Positions 48,504 to 59,245 of a DNA stretch of 64,000 nucleotides are shown piece by piece. The stretch is from contig NC_092379.1 of assembly GCF_030028105.1 (NCBI RefSeq), positions 22,745,130 through 22,809,129 on the forward strand, in the 5' to 3' direction. Position 1 is the stretch's first letter. Each line of letters opens with the position of its first letter. The DNA is from Mobula birostris. Its lineage: Eukaryota. The position numbers and the translations under genes are program-made. The notes beneath the pieces are model-generated. The model searched no databases, had not been told where the DNA came from, and saw only the letters and a program-made list of their open reading frames with translations.

Positions 48504-49071
48504 AGGTCAAGTCCTAGCCTTCAGTCTTCATCACTCCTTCCTGCAACATAGAATGTGACTAAGGCATCAGGCTCCTCTGTCTGGTCAAGGATGATCAGCC
48601 TGGGAGCATCAGTCAGACCTGGTCACTAACAGTAGGGACATCACCGCTGGACTTAGGAAATTCCAGGCCGGCTGGTGGCGCAGTGAGATTAGCACCGGAC
48701 TCTGGAGCGAAGGTTCCCGAGTTCGAATCCTGGTTAGGCCACTCCCGAGCATGCTCTTCATCATTCCGGCTTGAGTGTTGAGATAGCCACTTGGCCTCAT
48801 AAGAAATATGTAAGAGTCAAGTCAGGAACGTTCATAACGTGACCTGGTTAATTCTGACACCACGTGCCAGACAAGAATGGCTAAATGTCTGGTACGACAT
48901 GCTGAAAAACTAAGAAATACCCGGCGGTGTTGGGGCAAAATTCAAAGTACACGATGAGCAGCTTGCTCGAAGTCTCTGCGGCGGACTGGAAGAATAAAGT
49001 CTGCTCCTGCAAGGCAGGGTACAAGCCAAACAAGATTGTGACAGTGGAGTGGCAGAAACATCAACCTCAAC
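48504..49071 (+). pseudogene. IgW: IgW CH1 pseudo-exon
   Basis: Acceptor ttctttccatttcAG; EVKS*PSVFITPSCNIECD*GIRLLCLVKD..W; TAG 48515-48517, TAA 48560-48562, -1 frameshift ~48625, SINE 48662-48910; resumes [32 protein letters not shown]; donor C|GTTAGT. Confidence 0.9.
48662..48910 (+). mobile_element. tRNA-derived SINE inserted in CH1
   Basis: A-box-like tggtggcgcagtgag, B-box gagttcgaatcc; TSD TAGGAAAT (48654-48661) / TAAGAAAT (48911-48918); removing it restores [11 protein letters not shown]. Confidence 0.88.
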
Positions 49072-49954
49072 GTTAGTATCAGAAATAATTTATATTGAAA
49101 GCTGCACTGATGTCAGAGCATAAATCTGGAGTAGGAAGCTTTGTCAGATAATGTAGCAGCATGGCAATGAATTCCTTTATTCTGCTCTTACAACAACAGT
49201 GAGAAAATGTATAAAAGTCAATATGGGCAGTGAAACTCTGTATCAGGATCTGCCTCCATTGTATCCACTCCGTTGTCTAACTTCAGGAGCCTCTCCACCA
49301 CCGCCTCCCACTAAACCCTCCCTACAGATCAGCTCCTGTACACATACAGAGACCGCTGGCCCATCATGCCCCTGCACACAGAACAACAATTTAAACTTTA
49401 CCCCACTCCTCCTGCACTTCCCCCCCCCCCACCCTGCAGCTGCCCCTCTTCTGGTAAAAGCAATCCCTTGTGAATGTGATGGAGGAATCCACTCCACTGC
49501 CCTTCTTTAACCAGCTTCTCACAGATCTGAACAAGCCTCTGCAGTTACAACAAAATAATTTCCTTCTGTCCATCTGTTCTCCTTTCTCATTAAAAGTAAA
49601 ATTGTGTTTCCCAAACTTGCCAATGGAAACAGTCCCACACCATGTACTCCTGCTCACAGGAGCTGGTATCAGTCATTCTCCAGTAAACAATTAGATCATG
49701 GCAGGTCTGCACCTCAACCCCATGACCCACCTCTCCGCATTATCATAGCACAGTGGGACACACTGCTGGGAGGCCCAAGTTATACACCCAGCCCTCCCAC
49801 TCACTGGTGTGAGCCATCAGATCATCAGATCAGCTGTAAATTAACAACATTCTTGAGAGGGCTGGAATTGGGGAACTTGCCTGGGATGAGGGAGAATGAA
49901 GTCAAAAACATGGGCAAAGCAATCATGTACTGACAGATATTAAATGTGTTACAG

Positions 49955-50266
49955 CTACTGCTATAGCTCCGAAGCTCAGCTCCCTTGTTCCATCCCGGGA
50001 GGCAATCCACAGTCAAGCAAATGTTGTCCTGGCCTGTGTGATATCTGGATTCACTCCTGACAACGTTGAAGTATCCTGGAAAAAAGCTGGATCTGCCCAA
50101 AAAGGGATCATTCTCCCTTCCACTTCGAGTTCAGGTGGTGGATTTGAAACAATCGCTTACCTGACAGTGCCTGTGCAGGAATGGACCAAGGAACAGAAAT
50201 ATACTTGTGAAGTGAATCACGCACCTTCCCATTTCAGTGGTCAGGTCAACATGATGTATCAAGGGG
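49955..50266 (+). CDS. IgW: IgW CH2 exon
   Basis: 312 nt, phase 1/1, open: TAIAPKLSSLVPSREAIHSQANVVLACVISGFTPDNVEVSWKK..FETIAYLTV..YTCEVNH..MYQG; donor GTAAGT. Confidence 0.95.
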
Positions 50267-50949
50267 GTAAGTGATATCAGAAGAAAAATTAAGTAACTTA
50301 GAGTACTAAAATACTGAACTAATACTCCCACCCAATTCCTGTCCCTACTGTCGATCTAGTTGAGTGATGTACAGATGATCTTTGCACCTTGAATCAACTC
50401 ATATCACCAGCAGCTTTAACCCCATCTACTGGGCAGGAAAGGGGTAAGATCAGGTCACCTGTCCATTCCGTCTCAATAATTTTAGTTGTCTATGTTTGTA
50501 GTTATAATGAAAATAAATTAGTGAGCAAAGCTCACATCCCATGTTTTACCTTCTAGAGAAAATCTCCCTGTTCCCTTTTCACTGTCCTCTCAGTGTTAGT
50601 TCCTCAAAAAAATATCTCTGCATTTTTGTATTTGTTTCAGTCTCCAGAGTCTATTTCCAGTGTTTCCTGAGAGACTCTTCTGTCAATTGTCCACTCACTG
50701 AAATGTAGGTGGCGGGATTAATTTTGAATTGATGCCCAATCCTCAAGTGAATGTTGTGACCTTGTGTCCTCAGATCCTCGACCAGGTTCAGAGAGCACAT
50801 TCATTTATCATGGCTGACAAAACCTCATCCTGACAGGATGTGATATACAGAGGATACAGAGTGGGAATATGTGGGGCTCCCTTTTTCCCAAGCATGGGAA
50901 AAGAGGTGAAAATATCTAACAATTAAATCTATGAATCTTCCGTTTCCAG

Positions 50950-51071
50950 GTCCCGACTGTCTTTCGAAGCCAGTGGCAATGTTGTTTCAACAGAGTAATC
51001 TCAATGCAACATTCTCCGATGGTTCTACCCAACAGTATCATTGTTCAGCAATAAATTGTGAAATAAAGTGA
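50950..51071 (+). CDS. IgW: IgW short-form secretory tail exon
   Basis: ttccAG| (G)PDCLSKPVAMLFQQSNLNATFSDGSTQQYHCSAINCEIK*; Cys-rich tail like skate IgX short form; AATAAA at 51050-51055 and 51062-51067. Confidence 0.9.
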
Positions 51072-51184
51072 TTGGCTGTCTACAATTCGTCATTGAATTT
51101 TATTACACTCCATTTACTGGATTCCAGACCTGCCTCTGGTATCCATTGGGATTGAAGTTTAACAGAGAGAGAAGAAAACACGAT

Positions 51185-51845
51185 TCAAACTGACTACCTC
51201 TCCAATCGCATTTCTATATCCTCGTGGCCACCTATTTCAATTTGACTTCCCATTCCCATTCTGACATGTCTGTCCATGGCCTCCTCTACTGCCATGGTGA
51301 GGCCAAATTCAGGTTGGAGTAGCAACACTTCATATGCCAACCCGATCCCATGAATGCTTATTCCCTAACTTGCAGTAATAGTCCCCACTCCTTTATTCTC
51401 CATTTTATTCTATTCCCCATACTAGACACCCCCTCATCCCTTCACTTCTCCTCACCTGCCCATCATCTCCATTTGGTTCCCCTCCTCCTGCACTTTCCTC
51501 CATGGTCCACTGTCCTGTCAGATTCCTTCTGTTTCAGCCATTTATCTCTTCCACTTATCCCCTACCAGCTTCTTATTTCATACCTCTCTCCCGTCCACAC
51601 ACTTTCCCCCTCACCTGGTATCACCTCTCATCTGACAGAATGTATTCCTCCCTACTCCACCCACCTTCTTATTCTGGCTTCTGCCCACTTCCTTTCCAGT
51701 ACCAGTGAAATCTCTCAGCCCAAAATGTCGACTGCTTATTTCCATCCACAGATGCTGCCTGACTTGCCCAGTTCCTCCAGCATTTTGAGTGTGTTGTTCA
51801 AGATTTCCAGCATCTGTAGAATCTCTTGTGTTTCTGGTTGTCCAT
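51185..51845 (+). mobile_element. Penelope-like element 3' part (GIY-YIG C-terminus + terminal repeat with decayed hammerhead-like motif ~51697-51734)
   Basis: ..SHSHSDMSVHGLLYCHGEAKFRLE*QH..; CT-rich tract; terminal ..cccaaaatgtcgactg..gatgctgcctgacttgcccagttcctccagc. Confidence 0.7.
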
Positions 51846-53867
51846 ACACTCATTCATTTGTGTACATTGTTGCTTCAGTGTGACTCAGATCCCAATTCCA
51901 GTTTCCTTGGCCAGATTCCCTCTTGTCTAACTCCAGTCAACAAGAACTGGAACCTGTTTTTCACCCAATGGCTGTGAGGCACGAGGTGATGAAGGTGAAC
52001 GGGGCTGACTCAGTCAAAGGACGGATGACCCTTTGATAATTCTGGGAACAAGACAAATTGGTGAGAGAAGACTCAGGGGTCTAACCAGTCTCCTGTCCAA
52101 TCTGACATGCTTTGTGTGTAAATCCTGGATCAGACAAATTGCTAAAGTTACATTGATCCACGTGCCGGACAGTGAATTCAGTCCAAGAGGGAAATTCAGT
52201 GACTCTAAGGAATGTCACAAAGGAGGATGTTTTGTTAGAATTACCCAAGCATTGACAGAATTATATGCTTCTTGTGGAATAACACCAGCATTCAGTAATA
52301 AGGGGAGCGAACTTGACACGGTCAGGTTTTATGAGGGGACCGCATTTCCCAGGGACTGCTGAACATCAAGACTGTGCTGATATGGGACATAACTGAGAAA
52401 CCTGCAGAAAACATGTTTAACAACATCACAGTGCTGATTAAACTAAGATTCACAATTCAATGAGCATTCAGTATACACCTAGGTTTGCATATTTGTGGTA
52501 TTACTCGACAACAATGGTCATCTGGACTATACCCACGGACTTTCTGTTTTAAAAGAAAATTGCTCATAATCTTACTGACATGAGAAAGGTGAAGAAATAC
52601 ACATCACACCTTGTCGGATGATCCGGGCCAGTTAGACTGGAACTGTGTGTGTTACGTCTGCTCTTTCTTCAGACAAAGACACTGACTCACAGTCTCATTG
52701 AAGGTCTCAGCCATGACACAAACACAATCAGCCTGCACACTAAATGTCAAAGAGCAGAAACACCCCACGTGCCTGAAGGTGACCGAGTGTGTAAATGGTG
52801 AACACAAAGTGCAGGGAGCTGCAATGTAAGTGAACTGACGATCGTGCAGTGGGAGACGACCTCAACAACTTCACTTGACCGCAATCACACAAAACTGACA
52901 CTAACCCAGAGGACAGGTGACCCAACACTTGATCAAAGAGCTGTTTTATTCATTTATCATTTCCCATCAATCACTGATCTCTCTGGAACTGAGGGCTTGC
53001 TGCCTCATTCCTGATGGTGATTCAGCTCCAGCCGTGTTGCTGCAGGTCTGGAGTCGCAAACCAGCCAGACCAGACGAGACTTCTCTCTGGAAGTTACCAC
53101 AGAAAATAACACTACAAATACCTCCGTAGTCTTCTTTTTACTCCAAAAAGCATTGATGAATTGAATTTAAACTCCCATCCACCAGGTTGGGATTTGAACC
53201 CATTTTGCCAGTTCATCAGTCCCTAACTTATAGATACACTCTGACCATGGCTGCTCATTTCAAGAGAGACAGAGGCTTCAGTGTTTGTCAGCAAGAATGC
53301 TAAAACCACAGGCACCAGCAGAAGTAGTGCAGTGTATGAGTGAGCAGAGTTGAAAGAATACAATGTTGTCTGAAGTTTGTGTGGGTGGTGAAGGCTGCAG
53401 AGATGAGGAGAGGCACAGCCACAGTGAGACTGGAATGTCGGGATGTGAAGTTATTAAACTGAGTGAATCCCAGGCTCAGCCCAGATGGAGAAAGGGATTG
53501 TCACTGATTCACAGTGTTCACTGTTACTAATCAATGACACCGAGTCTCCAAGCAAAGAATATACTGAGCTGTGTCTCTGCTGAGAAATCTGCATGCTTCT
53601 CTGTCTCACAGAGCTCCGTCTCACAGTGAACCGATTGGTATAGTTATTAGAAAGGGATTCTAAACCTCGTTAGCACATCCTTTGTTCTGAATTTCTTTTC
53701 TCAATCAAACGTATAGGAATATGAGGCACGTGACTCAGCCCTGGGTGTTCCTGTTATTCTGTTTGCATTAAATGCAGCTGTCAAGTACTGATGATCTGCC
53801 TGGACCTAACACAACCAATGGAAATATCTCCAGTAAGATTCTGAGCATTTCCATTTCTAACCCACAG

Positions 53868-54170
53868 AATTGTCTCTCTTTATTCAAAATCCCGACATTG
53901 AAGAGATGTGGATCGACAAGTCTGCTACCGTGAAGTGCACAGTTATCTGTACAGATCCCAAAGATATCCACATCTCTTGGCACGTGGGCGGGAAGGAGAA
54001 AACTAAAGGAATTCACACCCATCAAGCGGAGATGGACGGGTCCCGATACAGAGTGCTCAGCGAACTCCAGATCAGTGTGGAGGAGTGGTTCAGTGGGGTG
54101 GAGTACGAGTGCTCTGCTCAGGAATCTCCTTCATCTTCCCGAGTGTCAGCACGGACCAATAGTACCAAAG
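53868..54170 (+). CDS. IgW: IgW CH3 exon
   Basis: 303 nt, phase 1/1, open: LSLFIQNPDIEEMW..VKCTVIC..ISW..EEWFSGVEYECSAQ. Confidence 0.95.
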
Positions 54171-54258
54171 GTGGGCAAGAGACCAGTGATTAAATGGCCA
54201 GCATTAGTTACCTGAGTCAAAATGTTTGACATTTCCTTTGTTTTCTTTTCTATTCCAG

Positions 54259-54576
54259 TCAAGATAAGAAGTCCCAAGGTCAGACTGCTGCCTCCACCTC
54301 AGGAAGAGACCAAGAATTCGAAAACAGCCACACTGGAGTGTGTCGTGTCTGGATTCTACCCGGACCAAATAAATGTCACCTGGGAGAAAGGCAGCACCGT
54401 GATCACCTCCAACACCAGCGCGACACCGACCACTCTGGAGCAGGGGTGGACTTTCAGTGCCAGACACTTCCTGACCGTGAGTTTACAGGAGTGGAAGACA
54501 GAATCAGTCTTCAGCTGTACAGTGACTCATCCCCCCTCCAACACCCGTATCAAGAAGCAAGTGAAGAACGTCCAAG
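54259..54576 (+). CDS. IgW: IgW CH4 exon
   Basis: 318 nt, phase 1/1, open: PKVRLLPPP..TLECVVSGFYPDQINVTW..FSCTVTHPPS. Confidence 0.95.
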
Positions 54577-55914
54577 GTAGGGTCCTGGGATGCATCCCAT
54601 TATTGAAATTGTTCACATTAGGCTATGAATTCAAGGTAAACACCTAATCATGGTGCAGCCCAGGTTTAGTTAAGTGCGTGAACTGATAAAGTTCAAAGTA
54701 CAAAGTACACTTATTATCAAAGTATGTGCACCATATACAACTGTGAGATTCTCTTCTTCCAGGCAGTCACAAAACAAAGAAACACAATAGAATTCAGAGT
54801 CAAACATCCAATGTGTGAAAAAAGATTGTGCAAACAATAAAAAAATTCAAACAAACAATCCACAGAAACTGAACCGCAGAGCCCCCTGAAGTAAATCCAC
54901 AGCCACGTTGCCAGTTCAGCACTGCAACCGGTCCAGGAGACCGATGGCTGCAGGCCACGGCCGTGGAGCCAGGCTCAGTGCTGAGCTGAGTGCCGATGGC
55001 TGCAGGCCGCAGCCGCAGAGTCAGTTCAGTGCTGAGGCGAGTGAAGCCTCATCGAGAAGTGAGCTGAATACCGGTTTGTCCATTGACTCAGCCTCAATGC
55101 CTTCATCTTTTTAATCTCTCTTGGCACTTAAATCGGCCAATCAACGGTTTGTTTTCCACTCTCAACCAACATAATCCACACTTTCACCATAGAAATAAGA
55201 GTATCCCAGAAAATACTTTCATAACTGGAGGAGAATCCAGACCATTTCACTCGACAGACTCTCTGCAACTCGCTGATACTCGTCTTCAAAATGCTCCTTC
55301 CCTCTACCTTTGAACCTAATCCCGGCCTCCGATCAGTGCCTCAGATGTGACTGAATTTCCAGCAGAGCAGCTCTCCCTCTGCTCCTGTGTGGGAATAGTC
55401 AGCCTGGACAATGTGTAGAAGCCTCAGGAGGGCGGCCTGAACACACTACATTCTGACAAAGCAGCAGCAAATGTTAGTTACACCTGATAGACAAAAAGAG
55501 TGCATTTTAATATTTGTAACAAAAACTAAATATTTCTCAGAAATTTTGAAATATTAAGTGTATTTTCTGGAAGATTTTCATGTGAAATTTTGCTCTGTTT
55601 CTTGTTCCACCGACACATTCTGAAATACAGGGGATTTTCTGTATTTGTTTTAATAAGTCTCTGGTAACAGTTTAAGTAACCATGAAACTGCAAAAGACAA
55701 TCTGCGGGCCAATCTTGTTCATTTACGTTTGCTCAGGGTATTACCCTGTCTGCTCAAAAGGGGAGATTCCTTTCTTCACCAATGTAGATTGGTCTCATCT
55801 CATCTTGATGGGACTGGCAAATCATTGACCAGGAATGAACAGGAAATGTTGGTCGTCAGAGACAAACTCATCCATTTGGGAATTTTGAAATAATAATTGT
55901 GACGTTTCTCCCAG

Positions 55915-56235
55915 TTGACTGCTCAGATACCCCCCTCTCAGTAACTTTAAGCAAACCTCCCTTCGAAGAGATCTGGACAAAGAGGACAGCGACCATTCTG
56001 TGTGAGGTGGTTCACAGTGATTTACAGGGATTCAGTGTAACCTGGCAAGTGGACGGAAGGAAGAGGGAAGATGGGGTGAGGACTCTGGGTCCAGACGGCA
56101 ACGGAGGTGAAGAGGTGATCACCAGCAGTCTGACAGTCCCTGCTGCAGAGTGGAACAGTGGGGCTGAGTACTCGTGTGTGATAGAGGACAAGAGTTTGCC
56201 AACACCGGTGAAGAAATCCATCAGGAAGGACACAG
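55915..56235 (+). CDS. IgW: IgW CH5 exon
   Basis: 321 nt, phase 1/1, open: VDCSD..PPFEEIW..ILCEVV..VTWQVDG..EWNSGAEYSCVIED. Confidence 0.95.
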
Positions 56236-56836
56236 GTACGTGTGGACAGAATTCAGTGTGAGTCTGATCTTAGAAATTGGACAGATTAATCACCATCCAG
56301 CACTGCTCAACCATTCAATCTGGTCTCAGCTGATCATCCAAATTCAATCCCTGTTCCTGTTTTCTCCAGATATCCTTTGACACTTTCACCCGAAGAAGTA
56401 TATTCAACCCATTCTTGAATATGTTAGATGATAATTCTTCAAGTGCTTTCTGTGGGAGAGAGTTCCACAGGTTCTCACTCCTTCTCACACGTACACAGCT
56501 TAGACTGCCACCCCTGCTCCAGGGGAGATGGAACAAACAGCACAGGATGATGCAAGTCCAGGGGCTGAGTTCCACTTTCTGTCGAGTTGCTGTGTTCAGC
56601 GACTCCCATTGATTAAACTGAATAGACTAACCTCACTGGAAGCTGTAAAATGCAGCAGGTCCAAGATTTCCACTCCACAAATCCCAACGATGAGCAGAAA
56701 GGGAAAAGCCTTCAGTTTCAGATCAAGTGAAGCCCCTCAGATTTAGAAATTGTTCATGTTGGTGAAGACCAGAATGTGTCGGGTAAGTAGGGAATTATTG
56801 GAAGATTCATTCTAACTGAGATTCTCTCTGTTCCAG

Positions 56837-57222
56837 GTGGTGTTCTGACTCGTCCTCATGTCTACCTCCTCCTCCCTTCATCAGATGAGGTAGACACCGA
56901 TCAGACTGTGACCTTGACGTGTCTGATCACCAAGTTCTCTCCTGCAGACATCTATGTGGCCTGGATGGCCAATGACACCCTTCTGAATACAGGGTTTGTG
57001 AACCAGCCAGTGACCAAGGACCCCAGAAATGGCTGGAACACAATGACCAGTCAGCTGAAGGTTTCTCCTGAGGAGTGGAATAGCGGCACCACTTTCTCCT
57101 GTGTGGTGGGTCATGAGTCGCTCCCAACCAACCTGTTCCGAAGCATCAATAAATCTCACAGCAAACCCACCCTGGTCAATGTCTCACTCGTTCTGACTGA
57201 TAGTTTTAAATCTTGTGTGTAA
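56837..57222 (+). CDS. IgW: IgW CH6 exon with long-form secretory tailpiece
   Basis: RPHVYLLLP..TLTCLITKFSPADIYVAW..FSCVVGHESLP then KPTLVNVSLVLTDSFKSCV* (NVS glycan site, penultimate Cys). Confidence 0.96.
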
Positions 57223-57516
57223 TACTGTGTGATTCAATCCATGAAACCCCAGTTTTGTTAGTTTTATGACTATTAATTATCACAGAGGATTATTTAGCTG
57301 ATTAAAACATGATTAAAATCTGGACCTTTTAACATAATTAAGAATGAAATTAAGATCAAGAACCAAATTAAACTACAAACATCATTCACCACAAATCTCT
57401 GAGTTTGTGTGTACATTCTTAGACCTTCTTCTGCCACATTTGAATGGATTTCAACCCTGTGTGGGACTGCACAATGTATTAAATCCTTGTACGTGTCAAT
57501 GTACCGATCCAAGTTC

Positions 57517-57522
57517 AATAAA
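57517..57522 (+). terminator. Candidate polyA signal for long secreted IgW
   Basis: AATAAA about 295 nt after the CH6 stop. Confidence 0.65.
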
Positions 57523-59094
57523 TATGACATGAAAATGTATTCATTGTGATTTTTGGTGATGAGAAAAAAGGAACTTTCAACATGAGGCGTGGCACGTGAC
57601 ACACAGTCAGGGAGAAATAGTAATCTTTGTTTCTCTAGTGTCTGAACCCTTCCTGCATCGGGTCTCCCACTGATCAGCTGTCAACTGATGGTCAGAGAGA
57701 TTAGAATGTACGGCAATCTGACAAAGAGTTGAGAGTTGAAACCAGTGACCAAACGTCATATCGGTGTCAAAGATGTTGGATCACTGTTTGAGGGCTCCTT
57801 GTCCCCACTAACATTTCTGCTCCTCATCTGGTGTCTGTGTGTCACTAACTAAATGAAACATATCATTGTTGGGAACTGTTCTGTTGCAATGGCACAGTTA
57901 AACATCTGTCTGTCAGGGCAGACGGTTTGCATCTGGACTGAAGGGGGACTAATATCCCAGTGAGAAGGTTTGCTTGTGCTGCATGGTGGGGGTGGCAGGG
58001 GATGCCGGTTAAACTAGAGTTGCAGGGGGTGAGAACCAGAGTGTCAGAACAGATTGTGGAGACGTTGTGGAGGCAGATGTTGTTGAGACATTAGACAAAG
58101 TCAGGAATCAAGATGTTGAGCATGGTGTGAGTAATGTTCTGAGCTGCGTATATCTCAAAGCAAGTATTACTGTAGGAAAGGCAGATGAACTCAGGGCAGA
58201 GATCAATACATGGAATTATGATATGGTGACCATTAGTGAGACTTGGTTGCAGGAGAAGCAGGACTGGTAGCTCAATATTCTGGGGTTCCATTTTTTAGAT
58301 GCACAGAATGGGAGGGATTAAAGTGCAAATGTGACGGCAGTGTTCAGTCAGGAGAGACTGGAGAACTCCTCTTCTGAGACTTTACAGGTGGAAATGGGGA
58401 CTAAGAAAAGTATGGCTCTGTTAATGGGGCTATATTATAGATCGCCCTGCAGGACCTAGAGGCACAAATTGTCGGGACATCACAGGCTATTGCAAGAAAC
58501 ACAAGGTTGCGATAGGAGGTGATTTCAACTTTCCACAAATTGACTTGGACACCCAGACTACAAAAGGGATGGAGTCTGTCAAATGTATTCAAGAAAGTTT
58601 CCTTAATCAGTAGATAGAAATCCCAACAGAGTGTGTGCAATACTTGATATCTTATTCAGGAATGAGACAGGGCAGGTGACAGAAGATTGTGTACGGAAAC
58701 ACTTTGCATCAACTGATCATAATGCCATTAGTTTCAAAATAAATTTGGAAAAAAATAGATCTCGTTCCCAGGTTCAGAATCTAAATTGGAGAAAGGCCAG
58801 TTCTGATGATATCAGAAAGGATCTGGTAAGCGTGAATTGGGAGAGGCTGTTTTCTGGCAAAGGTGTACTTGGTAAGTGAGAAGCCTTCAAAAGTGAAATT
58901 TTGAGAGCACGTTGCTTGTATGTGCCTGTCAGAAGAAAAGGCAAGGATGATATTTGATATTGAGGCCCTGGTTAAGAAGTACAAGGAAGTGCACAGCAGG
59001 TATAGGCAGGTAGGGACAAATGAGGTACTTATGGAGTGTAAGAAATATGAAGAAAACACCTAAGAAAGAAATAAGAACGGCTAAAAGAATGAAC

Positions 59095-59245
59095 GAATGT
59101 AAACAACAGGAATTCTACAGATGCTGTAAATTTAAGCAACACAGATCAAAGTTGCTGGTGAACGCAGCAGGCCAGGCAGCATCTCTAGGAAGGGGTGCAG
59201 TCGACGTTTCAGGCCGAGACCCTTTGTCAGGACTAACTGAAGGAA
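59095..59245 (-). mobile_element. Penelope-like terminal repeat fragment nested in CR1
   Basis: Reverse complement resembles 21465-21615. Confidence 0.6.
59198..59234 (-). ncRNA. Minimal hammerhead ribozyme-like motif with one core mismatch
   Basis: AGTC-CTGACAA-AGGGTCTCGGCCT-GAAA-CGTC-GACT; GTC site intact, G8 replaced by A. Confidence 0.55.

Noticed and set aside
49280-49460. Pro/Cys-rich stretch (GASPPPPPTKP..CPC) as a new hinge exon between dead CH1 and CH2
   Set aside because: An AG acceptor exists near 49288 but I find no phase-1 donor; the only nearby GT (49454) is phase 0, and the sequence resembles an antisense LINE remnant. Worth a glance in cDNA, not supported now.
53777-53832. 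Mini-exon upstream of CH3
   Set aside because: Stop codon in phase 1 and the following intron would be only ~35 nt.
54577-54647. CH4 read-through (RVLGCIPLLKLFTLGYEFKVNT*) as a four-domain secretory tail
   Set aside because: No similarity to the other tails and no canonical polyA signal close by; cannot be supported without cDNA.
41229-57222. Calling the locus IgNAR because it looks light-chain-free
   Set aside because: The V is a full VH-type domain with CDR2 and RFTISKD FR3, there are two Ds rather than three, the leader is split as in IgW, and the C region has IgW-type CH1, CH2 and short Cys-rich tail.
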